Below, piece by piece: positions 17,206 to 24,944 of a DNA stretch of 48,900 nucleotides (position 1 is the first letter of the stretch; each line of letters starts with the position of its first letter). Both the position numbers and the translations under genes were made by a program. The stretch is taken from the NCBI GenBank assembly GCA_964541555.1, contig CAZIQQ010000001.1, positions 9,224 to 58,123 on the forward strand. The letters are read 5' to 3'. The notes below the pieces were generated by a model. The model saw only the letters and a program-made list of their open reading frames with translations. It was not told where the DNA came from and did no database searches. This DNA comes from an uncultured Bifidobacterium sp. (lineage in GTDB: Bacteria; Actinomycetota; Thermoleophilia; Miltoncostaeales; Miltoncostaeaceae).

Positions 17206-19464
17206 CTACTGGGTGGCCGAGGTCGCGCCGGCCATGCGGATCTGGCACTGGTGGGCGGCGTCGATGAACAGCTGCGCCTCCTCCACGAACGAACGGGCGT
17301 GCTCCTCGGTGGTCGAGGCGCCGCCGCCGGCGTGGCGGTCGAGCAGCGGACGGGCGAACTTGCCGTGCGCGAAGCGGTCCTGGAAGCGCCCGGTCTCGAC
17401 GAAGCGCGCGTCGAACTCCCGCACGATCACGTCGTCCTCCTCCGGCACGTCGGGAAGCTCGGTGCGCACCAGGGCGCGCGCCGCGGTCACCATCGACCGG
17501 TACGCGCGGTCGTCTGCGCGGGCGATGTCGCCGTCCTCCAGCGCCACCTGTGCCTCGAAGGCGATGCTCTCGGCGAACGACAGCTCGAGGTCGGTCGACG
17601 AGATGACCTCGCCGGCGCACTCACCCACGCCGATGTCGCCGATCGAGAACTCGCGGGGGTTGCCCCAGTCGCTGAACAGGCCGGGGTCGTCCTCGTAGTC
17701 GGGGATCTGCTTGAGGTCCTCGATGATTGCCGCGAGGCCCTTGCGGCCGGTGCGCGCGCTCCAGTCGAGGAACGACTCGCCCGGCAGGCGGTCGGCCACG
17801 AACTGGCCCGTGATGCGGTCGACCACCTCGGGGATGCGCTTGCTGGGGATCGCGCCCACGGCCAGGCCGTACGAGCCGGCGTTGTTCTGCCACTGGCCGC
17901 CCAGCACCACCTGGAAGTGGGGCACCACCCGGCCGGCGCTCTTGCGGCTGTTGCCGAAGAAGCCGATGTCGGCCACGTGGTGCTGGCCGCACGAGTTGAA
18001 GCAGCCGCTCACCTTGATGCGCAGGCCCTTGATGGCCTCGTCGAGCTCCTCCGACCGGGCGGCCAGGCGCTCGCGCAGCTCGCCGGCAAGGCCGCGCGAT
18101 GCCGAGATGCCCAGCTTGCAGGTGTCGGTGCCGGGGCACGACGTCACATCCACGATGGTCTCTGCGTAGGGGTCGGCCATGCCGATCTCCGCCAGCGCCG
18201 CGTGCAGGTCGCGCAGGTCCTCCAGGCGCACCCAGCGGAACACGATGTTCTGCTCCACGGTGGTGCGCACGGTGTCGCCCACGAAGCGGCGGGCCACGTC
18301 GGCCAGCAGCCGGGCCTGGCCCGACGCGATGTCGCCAAGCGGCAGCGGGATCGTCACCACGGCGTAGCCGGGCTGGCGCTGCAGGTACACGTTGGCCTCG
18401 CGCCAGGCGCGGAAGGCGGCAGTCGAGTCGTCGTCCTCGGCGCCGCTGTCCACCACGCGCGCGGGCTGCTCGGGCGGCAGGCCGTCGTCCAGGTGTGCCG
18501 TCCAGCGCTCGTCGTAGGGGAGGATCTCCCGCTCCTCGCGCACGAGGCGGCTGAACTCCTCGATGCCCACCTGTGCGACCAGGAACTTGATGCGGGCGCG
18601 GTTGCGGTTCTGCTTCTCGCCCAGGCGCGCGAACACGCGCGACACGGCCTGCACGGTCGGCAGCAGCTCGCCCAGCGGCACGCGCCCGGCCAGCAGCTTC
18701 GCCTGGTGCGGTGTGGTGCCGAGGCCGCCGCCCACGTAGACGTCGAACGAGTCCACGGGCTCGCCGTCGACGATGTCCGTGCGGGCGATGGCGCCCAGGT
18801 CGTGCATCATCACCAGGCCGCAGGCCTCGTCGGCGCAGCCCGAGAAGGCGATCTTGAACTTGCGCCCGAAGTCCTGGCAGTCGGGGTGGCCGAGGAGGAA
18901 GCGGAAGAGGGCCTCGGAGTGCGGGGTCACGTCGAACGACTCGGTGCGGCACACGCCCGCCAGCGGGCAGGCCGTGAGGTTGCGCACGCCGTTGCCGCAG
19001 GCCTCGCGGGTGGTCATGCCCACCGCCGCCAGCCGCCGCATGACCGTGGGCATCTCCTCGATGTGCACGTAGTGCAGCTGGATGTCCTGGCGGGTGGTGA
19101 TGTGCAGGATGTGGTCCGAGTACTCCTCGGCCAGCTCTGCCAGCACGTCGATCTGCAGCGGGGTCAGGCCGCCCCACGGCACCTTGATGCGCAGCATGCC
19201 CGGTGCGTCCCACAGGGTCTCGGGGCCCTTGGTCAGGTCGCCGGAGGGGAACTCCAGGCTGCGGTGCTCCACGCCGTCGTGGCGCTGGCCGTTGTCGTAG
19301 CGCTGTCCGTAGACGCCGCGGCGAAGGCGCGTCTCGGCGAACACGCGCTCGTCGACGCGGCCGTCCTTGCGCAGCTCGACCTGTGCCTCGAAGACGTCGA
19401 TCTCCTCCGCCAGGTCCGGGGGCATCTGCCCCTCCAGGCGGTCGCGCCAGCCGATCGTGCTCAC
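17206..19464 (-). CDS. Ferredoxin-type sulfite/nitrite reductase hemoprotein (siroheme/4Fe-4S) with a C-terminal extension
   Basis: There are two NIR_SIR repeats. Cys clusters are TREACGNGVRNLTACP in the first half and TSCPGTDTCKLG...SGCFNSCGQHH (the siroheme-4Fe4S ligand set) in the second. It uses a GTG start at 19464 with a GAGGAG SD. At 752 aa it is longer than the roughly 560 aa I expect for SirA/NirA. Confidence 0.88.
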   Translation of the reverse strand: MSTIGWRDRLEGQMPPDLAEEIDVFEAQVELRKDGRVDERVFAETRLRRGVYGQRYDNGQRHDGVEHRSLEFPSGDLTKGPETLWDAPGMLRIKVPWGGLTPLQIDVLAELAEEYSDHILHITTRQDIQLHYVHIEEMPTVMRRLAAVGMTTREACGNGVRNLTACPLAGVCRTESFDVTPHSEALFRFLLGHPDCQDFGRKFKIAFSGCADEACGLVMMHDLGAIARTDIVDGEPVDSFDVYVGGGLGTTPHQAKLLAGRVPLGELLPTVQAVSRVFARLGEKQNRNRARIKFLVAQVGIEEFSRLVREEREILPYDERWTAHLDDGLPPEQPARVVDSGAEDDDSTAAFRAWREANVYLQRQPGYAVVTIPLPLGDIASGQARLLADVARRFVGDTVRTTVEQNIVFRWVRLEDLRDLHAALAEIGMADPYAETIVDVTSCPGTDTCKLGISASRGLAGELRERLAARSEELDEAIKGLRIKVSGCFNSCGQHHVADIGFFGNSRKSAGRVVPHFQVVLGGQWQNNAGSYGLAVGAIPSKRIPEVVDRITGQFVADRLPGESFLDWSARTGRKGLAAIIEDLKQIPDYEDDPGLFSDWGNPREFSIGDIGVGECAGEVISSTDLELSFAESIAFEAQVALEDGDIARADDRAYRSMVTAARALVRTELPDVPEEDDVIVREFDARFVETGRFQDRFAHGKFARPLLDRHAGGGASTTEEHARSFVEEAQLFIDAAHQCQIRMAGATSATQ

Positions 19465-19520
19465 CCGTGGTCTCCTCGTGGTACGCCGTCAGTACGCGCC
19501 CGGGCGGGCGCGGAGGCGGG

Positions 19521-19550
19521 ACCCTAGAGGAAACACCGAAAAAAAGTCAA
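19521..19550 (-). promoter_or_regulatory. Candidate promoter of the sulfite reductase gene
   Basis: Minus strand shows TTGACT (19550-19545), an 18-nt spacer, then TAGGGT (19526-19521). It lies in the only AT-rich patch of the window, about 55 nt upstream of the GTG. Confidence 0.35.
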
Positions 19551-19565
19551 GGTTTAGAGACTTTT
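19539..19565 (-). terminator. A7-stem-loop-U7 hairpin downstream of the RlpA-like gene
   Basis: AAAAGTC (19542-19548) and GACTTTT (19559-19565) form a 7-bp stem with a 10-nt loop. On the minus strand it is followed by UUUUUUU. The stem is AU-rich and weak. Confidence 0.35.
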
Positions 19566-19587
19566 ATTCCGGGTGTTCGGTTTGGTT

Positions 19588-20079
19588 TTATCGCGTGGAG
19601 GCCACCGTGCGGCCGGGGTTGCCCACTGGCTCCCAGCGCACCTGCCGCGCACCCCAGTGGTAGAGCGACCGGTATCCGAGCGCCCGGACCACGCCCAGGT
19701 TCATGTCGAGGCGCCGCTTCGACGAGAGCCCGGGGCCCCAGTCGGTCCTGCGCGCCACCACGCACCGCTTGCCCGACATCAGGCATATGCGCACATAGGC
19801 GCCGCAGGGGACGAGGTCGCTGCCCACCGTCAGGTCCATCATGCGTGTCTGCGGCAGCCCCGGGCAGAAGTTGCCCTCATCCCACGCGCTGTATGCCGAC
19901 GCCTCGGTGGTGCGGTGCGGCAGCACCGCGGGAATCGCGAACGCCGGGTTCGACGCCACCGGGGCCCTCACCGGCCGTGACGCGGGGGCGGAACCTGCTG
20001 GCGATCCGGCCGGAGCCGCCGACACCGGCTGGCCGGGCATGGCAGTCGGCATCACGGCCGATGCTCCGCAGGCGAGCAC
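19588..20079 (-). CDS. RlpA-like double-psi beta-barrel (DPBB) protein, probably a lipoprotein; the true start is probably upstream (see findings)
   Basis: The C-terminal half, ASAYSAWDEGNFCPG...VGSDLVPCGAYVRICLMSGKRCVVARRTDWGPG...RLDMNLGVVRALG...VRWEPV, resembles RlpA/expansin-type DPBB domains. Coordinates follow the track ORF (GTG at 20079). Confidence 0.6.
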   Translation of the reverse strand: MLACGASAVMPTAMPGQPVSAAPAGSPAGSAPASRPVRAPVASNPAFAIPAVLPHRTTEASAYSAWDEGNFCPGLPQTRMMDLTVGSDLVPCGAYVRICLMSGKRCVVARRTDWGPGLSSKRRLDMNLGVVRALGYRSLYHWGARQVRWEPVGNPGRTVASTR

Positions 20080-20381
20080 GCCGGCGAACAGGGCGGATGC
20101 GGCGAGCGCGATGGCGAGGCGCTGAAGCAGGACGGTTCTCCCCGTCGGGGTGGAGGTCCGGGGTGGCGGCCCGCGCAGGCGGACGGCTCGGTGATCACGG
20201 ACCCTGTCTGGGGTGGGACGGGCAATCTATCCATCCGGGGAGGGGGGTCAACCACCCAAGACCGCTCTGAGCGGGCATTTCGCAGATGCCTTTTCCCGCT
20301 GTGAGCAGGAAAACCAACCCACGCGCAGACGTCGGCACCCCCGGGCGTGCGCCGGACCGGAATCTGACCGCTCCGCGCCCC

Positions 20382-20407
20382 GGAACGCCGCCTTCCGGCG
20401 GCGTTCC
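20382..20407 (-). terminator. Perfect 11-bp hairpin GGAACGCCGCC-GGAA-GGCGGCGTTCC just downstream of tRNA-Lys
   Basis: Inverted repeat 20382-20392 / 20397-20407 with a 4-nt loop, about 30 nt 3' of the tRNA on the minus strand. There is no U tract. Confidence 0.5.
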
Positions 20408-20437
20408 CTTCGTACATCCTGACCCGAGTCCAGACGA

Positions 20438-20510
20438 TGGGCCGTGTAGGGATCGAACCTACGACCTTGGGATTAAGAGTCCCCTGCTCTACCAGCTGAG
20501 CTAACGGCCC
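20438..20510 (-). tRNA. tRNA-Lys (anticodon CUU)
   Basis: The minus strand reads GGGCCGUUAGCUCAGCUGGUAGAGCAGGGGACUCUUAAUCCCAAGGUCGUAGGUUCGAUCCCUACACGGCCCA. It folds by hand into a cloverleaf with a 7-bp acceptor stem, GCUC/GAGC D stem, CUCUUAA anticodon loop and GUAGG/CCUAC T stem with a UUCGAUC loop. CCA is not encoded. Confidence 0.93.
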
Positions 20511-20551
20511 GCGGGCACGCTAGCACCACGCATGCGCGTGTGGGAAGGGGT

Positions 20552-21196
20552 TCAGCCGGTGGCAGCCGGCTGCTTGGCCAGCTGCTTCAGGCGGTTCCTG
20601 ATGTCCGGCGCCAGTGTGTCGTCGGGCGCCAGCTGCAGGAATCGCTGGTAGGCGAGGATCGCCTGGTTGCGCTGGCCCGCCTGCTCGGCCGTCTGGCCCC
20701 AGTAGGCGAACATCTGGGCGTCCTTCGGATTGCGCGCCGTGTAGGCGGCGATCGCGGGCAGGGCCGCGCCGGGGTTGTTCTGCGCGCTCGCCACGGTGAT
20801 GAGCCCGAGCACGATGTCCCCGTTGTCCGGGGCGCTGCGCGTGGCCGCCAGGGCGTCCTGCAGCGCCTGCGGGTCGTTCGGGTTCACCGCGACGCGCGCC
20901 TGCGCCAGCGTCGATTGCGCCTCGGCGAGGTCGGTACGCGCCTGGGCGAGGTCGGCCTTCGCCTGCGTGCTCTTCGGCGATGCCTTCACGGCCTTCTGGG
21001 CCGATGTGACGGCGGCCTGGGCGGTGGTGGACCGCGACTGGGCGTCGTCGATGGCCTGCTGCAGCGGGTCGGCTGTTCCGCAGCCGCCGCTCACCGCGAG
21101 GCCGCCGGCCACGAGGCCGAAGCCCGCGAAGGCGACGATCGCGATGATCGCGACCACCTTCGTGAGCATCTTCTGGCGCTTGCCGTCGAAAAGCAC
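20552..21196 (-). CDS. Membrane-anchored hypothetical protein with an Ala/Gln-rich coiled region and a TPR-like C-terminus
   Basis: N-terminal TM segment KVVAIIAIVAFAGFGLVAGGLAV. The C-terminus MFAYWGQTAEQAGQRNQAILAYQRFLQLAPDD looks like a TPR repeat. The start is either GTG at 21196 or ATG at 21169. Confidence 0.6.
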   Translation of the reverse strand: MLFDGKRQKMLTKVVAIIAIVAFAGFGLVAGGLAVSGGCGTADPLQQAIDDAQSRSTTAQAAVTSAQKAVKASPKSTQAKADLAQARTDLAEAQSTLAQARVAVNPNDPQALQDALAATRSAPDNGDIVLGLITVASAQNNPGAALPAIAAYTARNPKDAQMFAYWGQTAEQAGQRNQAILAYQRFLQLAPDDTLAPDIRNRLKQLAKQPAATG

Positions 21197-21205
21197 GCGG
21201 CGACG

Positions 21206-22501
21206 CTACATGATCCGACGCCGGGCCTCGTCGGCGTCGGCAACGATGGCACCGGCGTCCAGACGGCTGGGGCCATCCGGCCCGAACACCTGCTCTCCAT
21301 CGACCCACGAGGCGATCACCCGCGAGCGCGGGTCGAGCGCCACCAGCGACGGATCGGCCTGCACGGGCGCCCCGTCGAACGGGCTGATGGCCACGATGTC
21401 GGCGCGCTTGCCCGCCACCAGCGAGCCGATGCGGTCGTCCATGCCGATGACGCGCGCCGAGCCGATGGTGGCCAGGGCCAGCATGTCGGCGGCGAGGGGG
21501 GTCGCCCCCCTGCGCGCCGCTGCCTCAGCCGCCCAGCGGGCCTCGTCGCGCAGGTCGTACGAGCCGGCGCTTGCCGGGCTGTCGGTGCCCAGGCCCACGG
21601 GCACACCCAGCACCTGCAGCAACTCGATGGGGGCGTCGCCGCACTGCAGCCGCACGTTCGAGTGCGGGCAGTGGGCCACGCGCACCCCGTGCTCGGCGAG
21701 GATGCCCGCGTCGTCGGAGTCCACCTGCACGCAGTGCGCGGCGATGAGGCGCGGCGCCAGCGCGCCCCCGGCCGCGAGGCGCGACACCACGCCGGGTCCG
21801 CCTCCCGGCCATCGCGCGGGGTCGCGCCCGACCGAGTGGATCGCCTCCACCAGCGGACCCACGCCCTCGTCGAGCAGCATGACCTCGTCGGGCGACTCGG
21901 CCACGTGGGCGGCCACCGAGCCCGCGCCGAGGATCGGGTCGGCGAGGACCTCGCTCCAGAGCTCCGGCCCCACGGTGTAGGGCGAGTGGGGCGACACGCC
22001 GACGCTCACGCGCGCGCCGGCCTGGTCACGCGCCTGCAGCAGCGCCTCGCCGTGGCGCACCACCTTCTCCCGGGCGTCGGCGCCCGTGTCGCGCCCGAAG
22101 ATCTCCATGTGCACGATGGCCCTGAGGCCGGCGTCGCCCGCCGCGCCCACGCCGAAGCCGCTGGGGCCCGAGTCGGCCAGCGTGGTCGTGCCGTTGCGCA
22201 GGGCCGTCATCGCCGCCCAGCGGGCGGCCTGCTCGCGGTCGACTGGCGTGACGTTCGCGGTGCGGTGCACGAACGCGCCCAGCCACTCGCCGAAGCGGGC
22301 GTCGGGCACCAGCCCTCCCATGAGCCCCCACTCGAGGTGGCAGTGGGCGTCCACGAGGCCCGGGATGAGGATTGCATCACCGAGGTCGGTGACGGGAACG
22401 TCGTCACACGGCGGCAGGTCGCGCTCGCGCCCGACGGCCTCGATGGCGCCGTCGCGCACCAGCACGCAGGCGTCGCGGACGACCGGGCCCTCGACGGGCA
22501 C
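21206..22501 (-). CDS. Amidohydrolase-superfamily deaminase/chlorohydrolase (MtaD/guanine-deaminase-like)
   Basis: ILIPGLVDAHCHLEW metal-binding HxH motif, internal VAAHVAES, AHCVQV and GLGTDS motifs. The substrate cannot be assigned from sequence alone. Confidence 0.8.
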   Translation of the reverse strand: MPVEGPVVRDACVLVRDGAIEAVGRERDLPPCDDVPVTDLGDAILIPGLVDAHCHLEWGLMGGLVPDARFGEWLGAFVHRTANVTPVDREQAARWAAMTALRNGTTTLADSGPSGFGVGAAGDAGLRAIVHMEIFGRDTGADAREKVVRHGEALLQARDQAGARVSVGVSPHSPYTVGPELWSEVLADPILGAGSVAAHVAESPDEVMLLDEGVGPLVEAIHSVGRDPARWPGGGPGVVSRLAAGGALAPRLIAAHCVQVDSDDAGILAEHGVRVAHCPHSNVRLQCGDAPIELLQVLGVPVGLGTDSPASAGSYDLRDEARWAAEAAARRGATPLAADMLALATIGSARVIGMDDRIGSLVAGKRADIVAISPFDGAPVQADPSLVALDPRSRVIASWVDGEQVFGPDGPSRLDAGAIVADADEARRRIM

Positions 22502-22541
22502 CAGCCACGCCGCCCGGATGAGCAGGGCGGGGGACCCGCTG

Positions 22542-22769
22542 CTAGGCGGCGGGAGTGGTCTCGTCGGTCTTCTGCGGCAGCGCGGCGTCCGTGGACTGGG
22601 TCGCCGTCAGCTTCTCGTCGGCCGACTTGTCGTCGGTGACGCCCTTCTTGAACTCGCGCATGCCGGTGCCGAGGCTCTTGCCGATCTCCGGCAGCCTCTT
22701 GGCTCCGAAGGCCAGCAGGATGATGGCCAGGATGATGATCAGTTCGAGCGGGCCGATGCCGAAGGGCAT
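22542..22769 (-). CDS. tatA: Twin-arginine translocase subunit TatA/E
   Basis: MPFGIGPLELIIILAIILLAFGAKRLPEIGKSLGTGMREFKKG is the canonical TatA TM segment plus amphipathic helix. Confidence 0.92.
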   Translation of the reverse strand: MPFGIGPLELIIILAIILLAFGAKRLPEIGKSLGTGMREFKKGVTDDKSADEKLTATQSTDAALPQKTDETTPAA

Positions 22770-22846
22770 GGGTTTACCTCTTGGTCGGTGATCCCCGGCG
22801 GGGATCCGCGTGGAACGACGTTAGCATGGGCCCGTAATCAGGCGAC

Positions 22847-23251
22847 ATGGCGGGGGGTGGTCTCATAGGGCTCGAGCCCATGGCGGTCGGTTGGGGTGGC
22901 CTGGTCGGGACCATCGGCCTCGCCGCATCGTCCGGATCGGCCCTCTGGGTGCGCGCGGCCGCGGTCGTCGTTGCGTTCCTCGTGGGCGGTTTCCTGTCGG
23001 GGGTGCGCACCCTCGACCAACGCGCCCTCAATGCTGCGGCAGCATGGGTGTTCGGCTGGGTGCTGTGGGGCGTGATCTGCCTGGTGCTGGCCATCGTGGC
23101 CGCCTTCGGCGGCCCGGGGGACCCCGAGTTCGCGCCGGGCACCGATGGGGCGTCGCTGCTCATCGCCCTGGGATCCCTGCTGGCGGCCGTGGTGGGCGGC
23201 CTCGCCGCCGACCGGCGCTACAGCACCAAGCGCCTGCGCCGGCGGTACTAG
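22847..23251 (+). CDS. Hypothetical membrane protein (4 TM segments)
   Basis: The 134-aa ORF is almost entirely hydrophobic helices and ends with a basic tail RRYSTKRLRRRY. It has high GC3. Confidence 0.6.
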   Translation: MAGGGLIGLEPMAVGWGGLVGTIGLAASSGSALWVRAAAVVVAFLVGGFLSGVRTLDQRALNAAAAWVFGWVLWGVICLVLAIVAAFGGPGDPEFAPGTDGASLLIALGSLLAAVVGGLAADRRYSTKRLRRRY

Positions 23252-23799
23252 CCGGCGAAGTCCCGGTGCGAGCGGCTGGAGGTCGGTCCCGACTGGCCCT
23301 GGTACTTGCCCTGGTACGGGGTGTCGACCGGGGTGGTCATCTGCAGGAACGAGATCTGGCCGATGCGCATTCCGGCGTGGATGGCGATGGGCAGGCTGGC
23401 CACGTTCGAGAACTCGAGCGTGATCTGGCCCTCGAACCCCGGGTCGATGTAGCCGGCCGTCGAGTGGATGAGCAGCCCCAGGCGGCCAAGGCTGGACTTG
23501 CCCTCGAGTCGCGCCACGAGGTCGTCGGGGATGCCCACGCGCTCGAGCGTGGAGCCCAGCACGAACTCACCCGGGTGGAGGATGAACGGCTCGCCCTCGG
23601 CGATGGTGACGACCTCGGTGAGGTCTGCCTCGGGCAGGCTGGGGTCGATGAACGGCTGCCGGTTGTTGCGGAACACCCGGAAGGCGTCGGACACGCGCAG
23701 GTCCACGGACGACGGCTGCAGCAGCGCCTCGTCGAAGGGGTCGATGACCAGTCGCCCCGCGGCGATCTGCTCCCTGATGGTGCGGTCGGACAGGACCAT
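23248..23799 (-). CDS. dcd: dCTP deaminase
   Basis: MVLSDRTIREQIAAGRLVIDPF...SSVDLRV...GKSSLGRLGLLIHSTAGYIDPGFEG is the Dcd/dUTPase-fold signature. Confidence 0.9.
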   Translation of the reverse strand: MVLSDRTIREQIAAGRLVIDPFDEALLQPSSVDLRVSDAFRVFRNNRQPFIDPSLPEADLTEVVTIAEGEPFILHPGEFVLGSTLERVGIPDDLVARLEGKSSLGRLGLLIHSTAGYIDPGFEGQITLEFSNVASLPIAIHAGMRIGQISFLQMTTPVDTPYQGKYQGQSGPTSSRSHRDFAG

Positions 23800-23858
23800 G
23801 GGCGGGGACGCTACCCGATGCGCTCCCCGACCACGCCCGCTGGGCTAGCCTGAGGGGC

Positions 23859-24935
23859 GTGACGCCGCACCCAGGTGAGGACTCCGGCAGGCAGCGCGCC
23901 TTCCGCGTGGACGCGGTCCCCGACGAGGACCTGATCGCCCTCGTGGCCGCGGCGCGAGATCGCGGCGCCGTGCCCGATGTCATCGTCGGTGACGTGCTGG
24001 TGGGCGCCGGGCCCGTGGATGCGCTCGACCCCGTCGATGTAACCCCCGACCAGCTGCGCCAGCTGGTGGATGGCGCCCGGCTGCCCCGCTGGGTCGTGGA
24101 GAAGGGCTCGTTCGGCCCCGGCTACGTGCAGCTGAAGTCGCTGATGCGCCAGGAGAGCCTCGTGACGGTGTGCGAGGAGGCCTCGTGCCCCAACATCCAG
24201 CGCTGCTGGACCCGCGGAACCGCCACCTTCATGATCGCCGGTGAGACCTGCACGCGCGGGTGCCGCTTCTGCGACGTGACGTCCGGCAAGCCGATGCTGC
24301 CGCCGGATCCCGGCGAGCCCGCGCGCCTGGCCGATGCCGCCGCGGCCATGGGCCTGCGCTACGTGGTGGTGACCGCCGTGGCCCGCGACGACCAGCCGGA
24401 TGGCGGCGCCGCCCACTTCGCCGCGGTCATCCGCGCCCTGCGCGATCGCCTGCCGGATGCCCGGGTGGAGGTGCTCATCCCCGACTTCCGCGGCAACTGG
24501 GATGCGCTCGACACGGTCATCGAGGCCAGGCCCGACGTGCTGAACCACAACACCGAGACCGTTCCCCGCCTGTACCGGCGGGTGCGTCCCGGCGCGCGGT
24601 ACGAGCGCACCCTCGAGCTGCTCGAGCGCTCGCGGCGGGCGGGGCTGCCCACCAAGAGCGGCATCATGGTGGGCCTGGGCGAGGAGCTGCCGGAGGTCGC
24701 CGCGGTCTTCGCCGATCTCGCCACCGCGGGGTGCGAGGTGGTCACCGTGGGCCAGTACCTCAGCCCGTCACCGGCGCACCTGCCGGTCGAGCGCTTCTAC
24801 GCGCCGGCGGAGTACCCGGCGCTCGCGGCGCTCGGGCAGTCGCTCGGCCTGGCGCACGTGGAGGCCGGCCCGCTGGTGAGGTCGTCGTTCGAGGCCGATC
24901 GGGTGGCCGACGAAGTGGGCGCCGGGGTCGTCTAG
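23859..24935 (+). CDS. lipA: Lipoyl synthase
   Basis: VCEEASCPNIQRCW and the radical-SAM CTRGCRFCDV clusters, followed by VVTAVARDD. The GTG at 23859 gives a longer-than-usual N-terminus; an in-frame GTG at 24015 is an alternative start. Confidence 0.88.
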   Translation: MTPHPGEDSGRQRAFRVDAVPDEDLIALVAAARDRGAVPDVIVGDVLVGAGPVDALDPVDVTPDQLRQLVDGARLPRWVVEKGSFGPGYVQLKSLMRQESLVTVCEEASCPNIQRCWTRGTATFMIAGETCTRGCRFCDVTSGKPMLPPDPGEPARLADAAAAMGLRYVVVTAVARDDQPDGGAAHFAAVIRALRDRLPDARVEVLIPDFRGNWDALDTVIEARPDVLNHNTETVPRLYRRVRPGARYERTLELLERSRRAGLPTKSGIMVGLGEELPEVAAVFADLATAGCEVVTVGQYLSPSPAHLPVERFYAPAEYPALAALGQSLGLAHVEAGPLVRSSFEADRVADEVGAGVV

Positions 24936-24944
24936 GTTGCACGC

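Noticed and set aside
17251-19527. A 758-aa plus-strand ORF opposite the sulfite reductase gene
   Set aside because: It is a shadow ORF of a gene with clear siroheme/4Fe-4S motifs. It is a low-complexity Ala/Gly/Arg/Val/His-rich translation.
20131-20381. Possible ydaO-yuaA (c-di-AMP) riboswitch or 6C-type RNA in front of the RlpA-like gene
   Set aside because: I looked for the conserved blocks as I remember them: ACGGGGA.CCA, GGGGUGAAUC and CCGA.CCCG.CAGCU.ACCUCG. Only a partial CCGAGCCGUC is present. A C-rich loop alone is not enough to call 6C. I kept the region as an unclassified structured leader in the findings.
20052-20417. A 121-aa minus-strand ORF upstream of the RlpA-like gene
   Set aside because: It is in a different frame from the signal-peptide-encoding extension, is Pro/Arg/Ser-rich, and has no SD. 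It overlaps the region better explained as leader RNA plus the extended lipoprotein N-terminus.
20438-20510. tRNA-Lys as an integration site for a genomic island
   Set aside because: No integrase, recombinase or phage genes lie on either side. I see no direct repeat of the tRNA 3' end, and flanking genes have the same GC-rich composition as the rest of the window.
21206-22501. Assigning the amidohydrolase as the aminofutalosine deaminase of the futalosine pathway
   Set aside because: It is separated from the mqn genes by about 3 kb of unrelated genes (tatA, dcd, lipA, rhodanese). Its motifs are generic for the deaminase/chlorohydrolase subfamily, so the assignment would be pure speculation.
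20540-22639. A 699-aa plus-strand ORF across the TPR-like, amidohydrolase and tatA region
   Set aside because: It is antisense to three genes that have good motifs (HxH amidohydrolase, canonical TatA). It has no motifs of its own.
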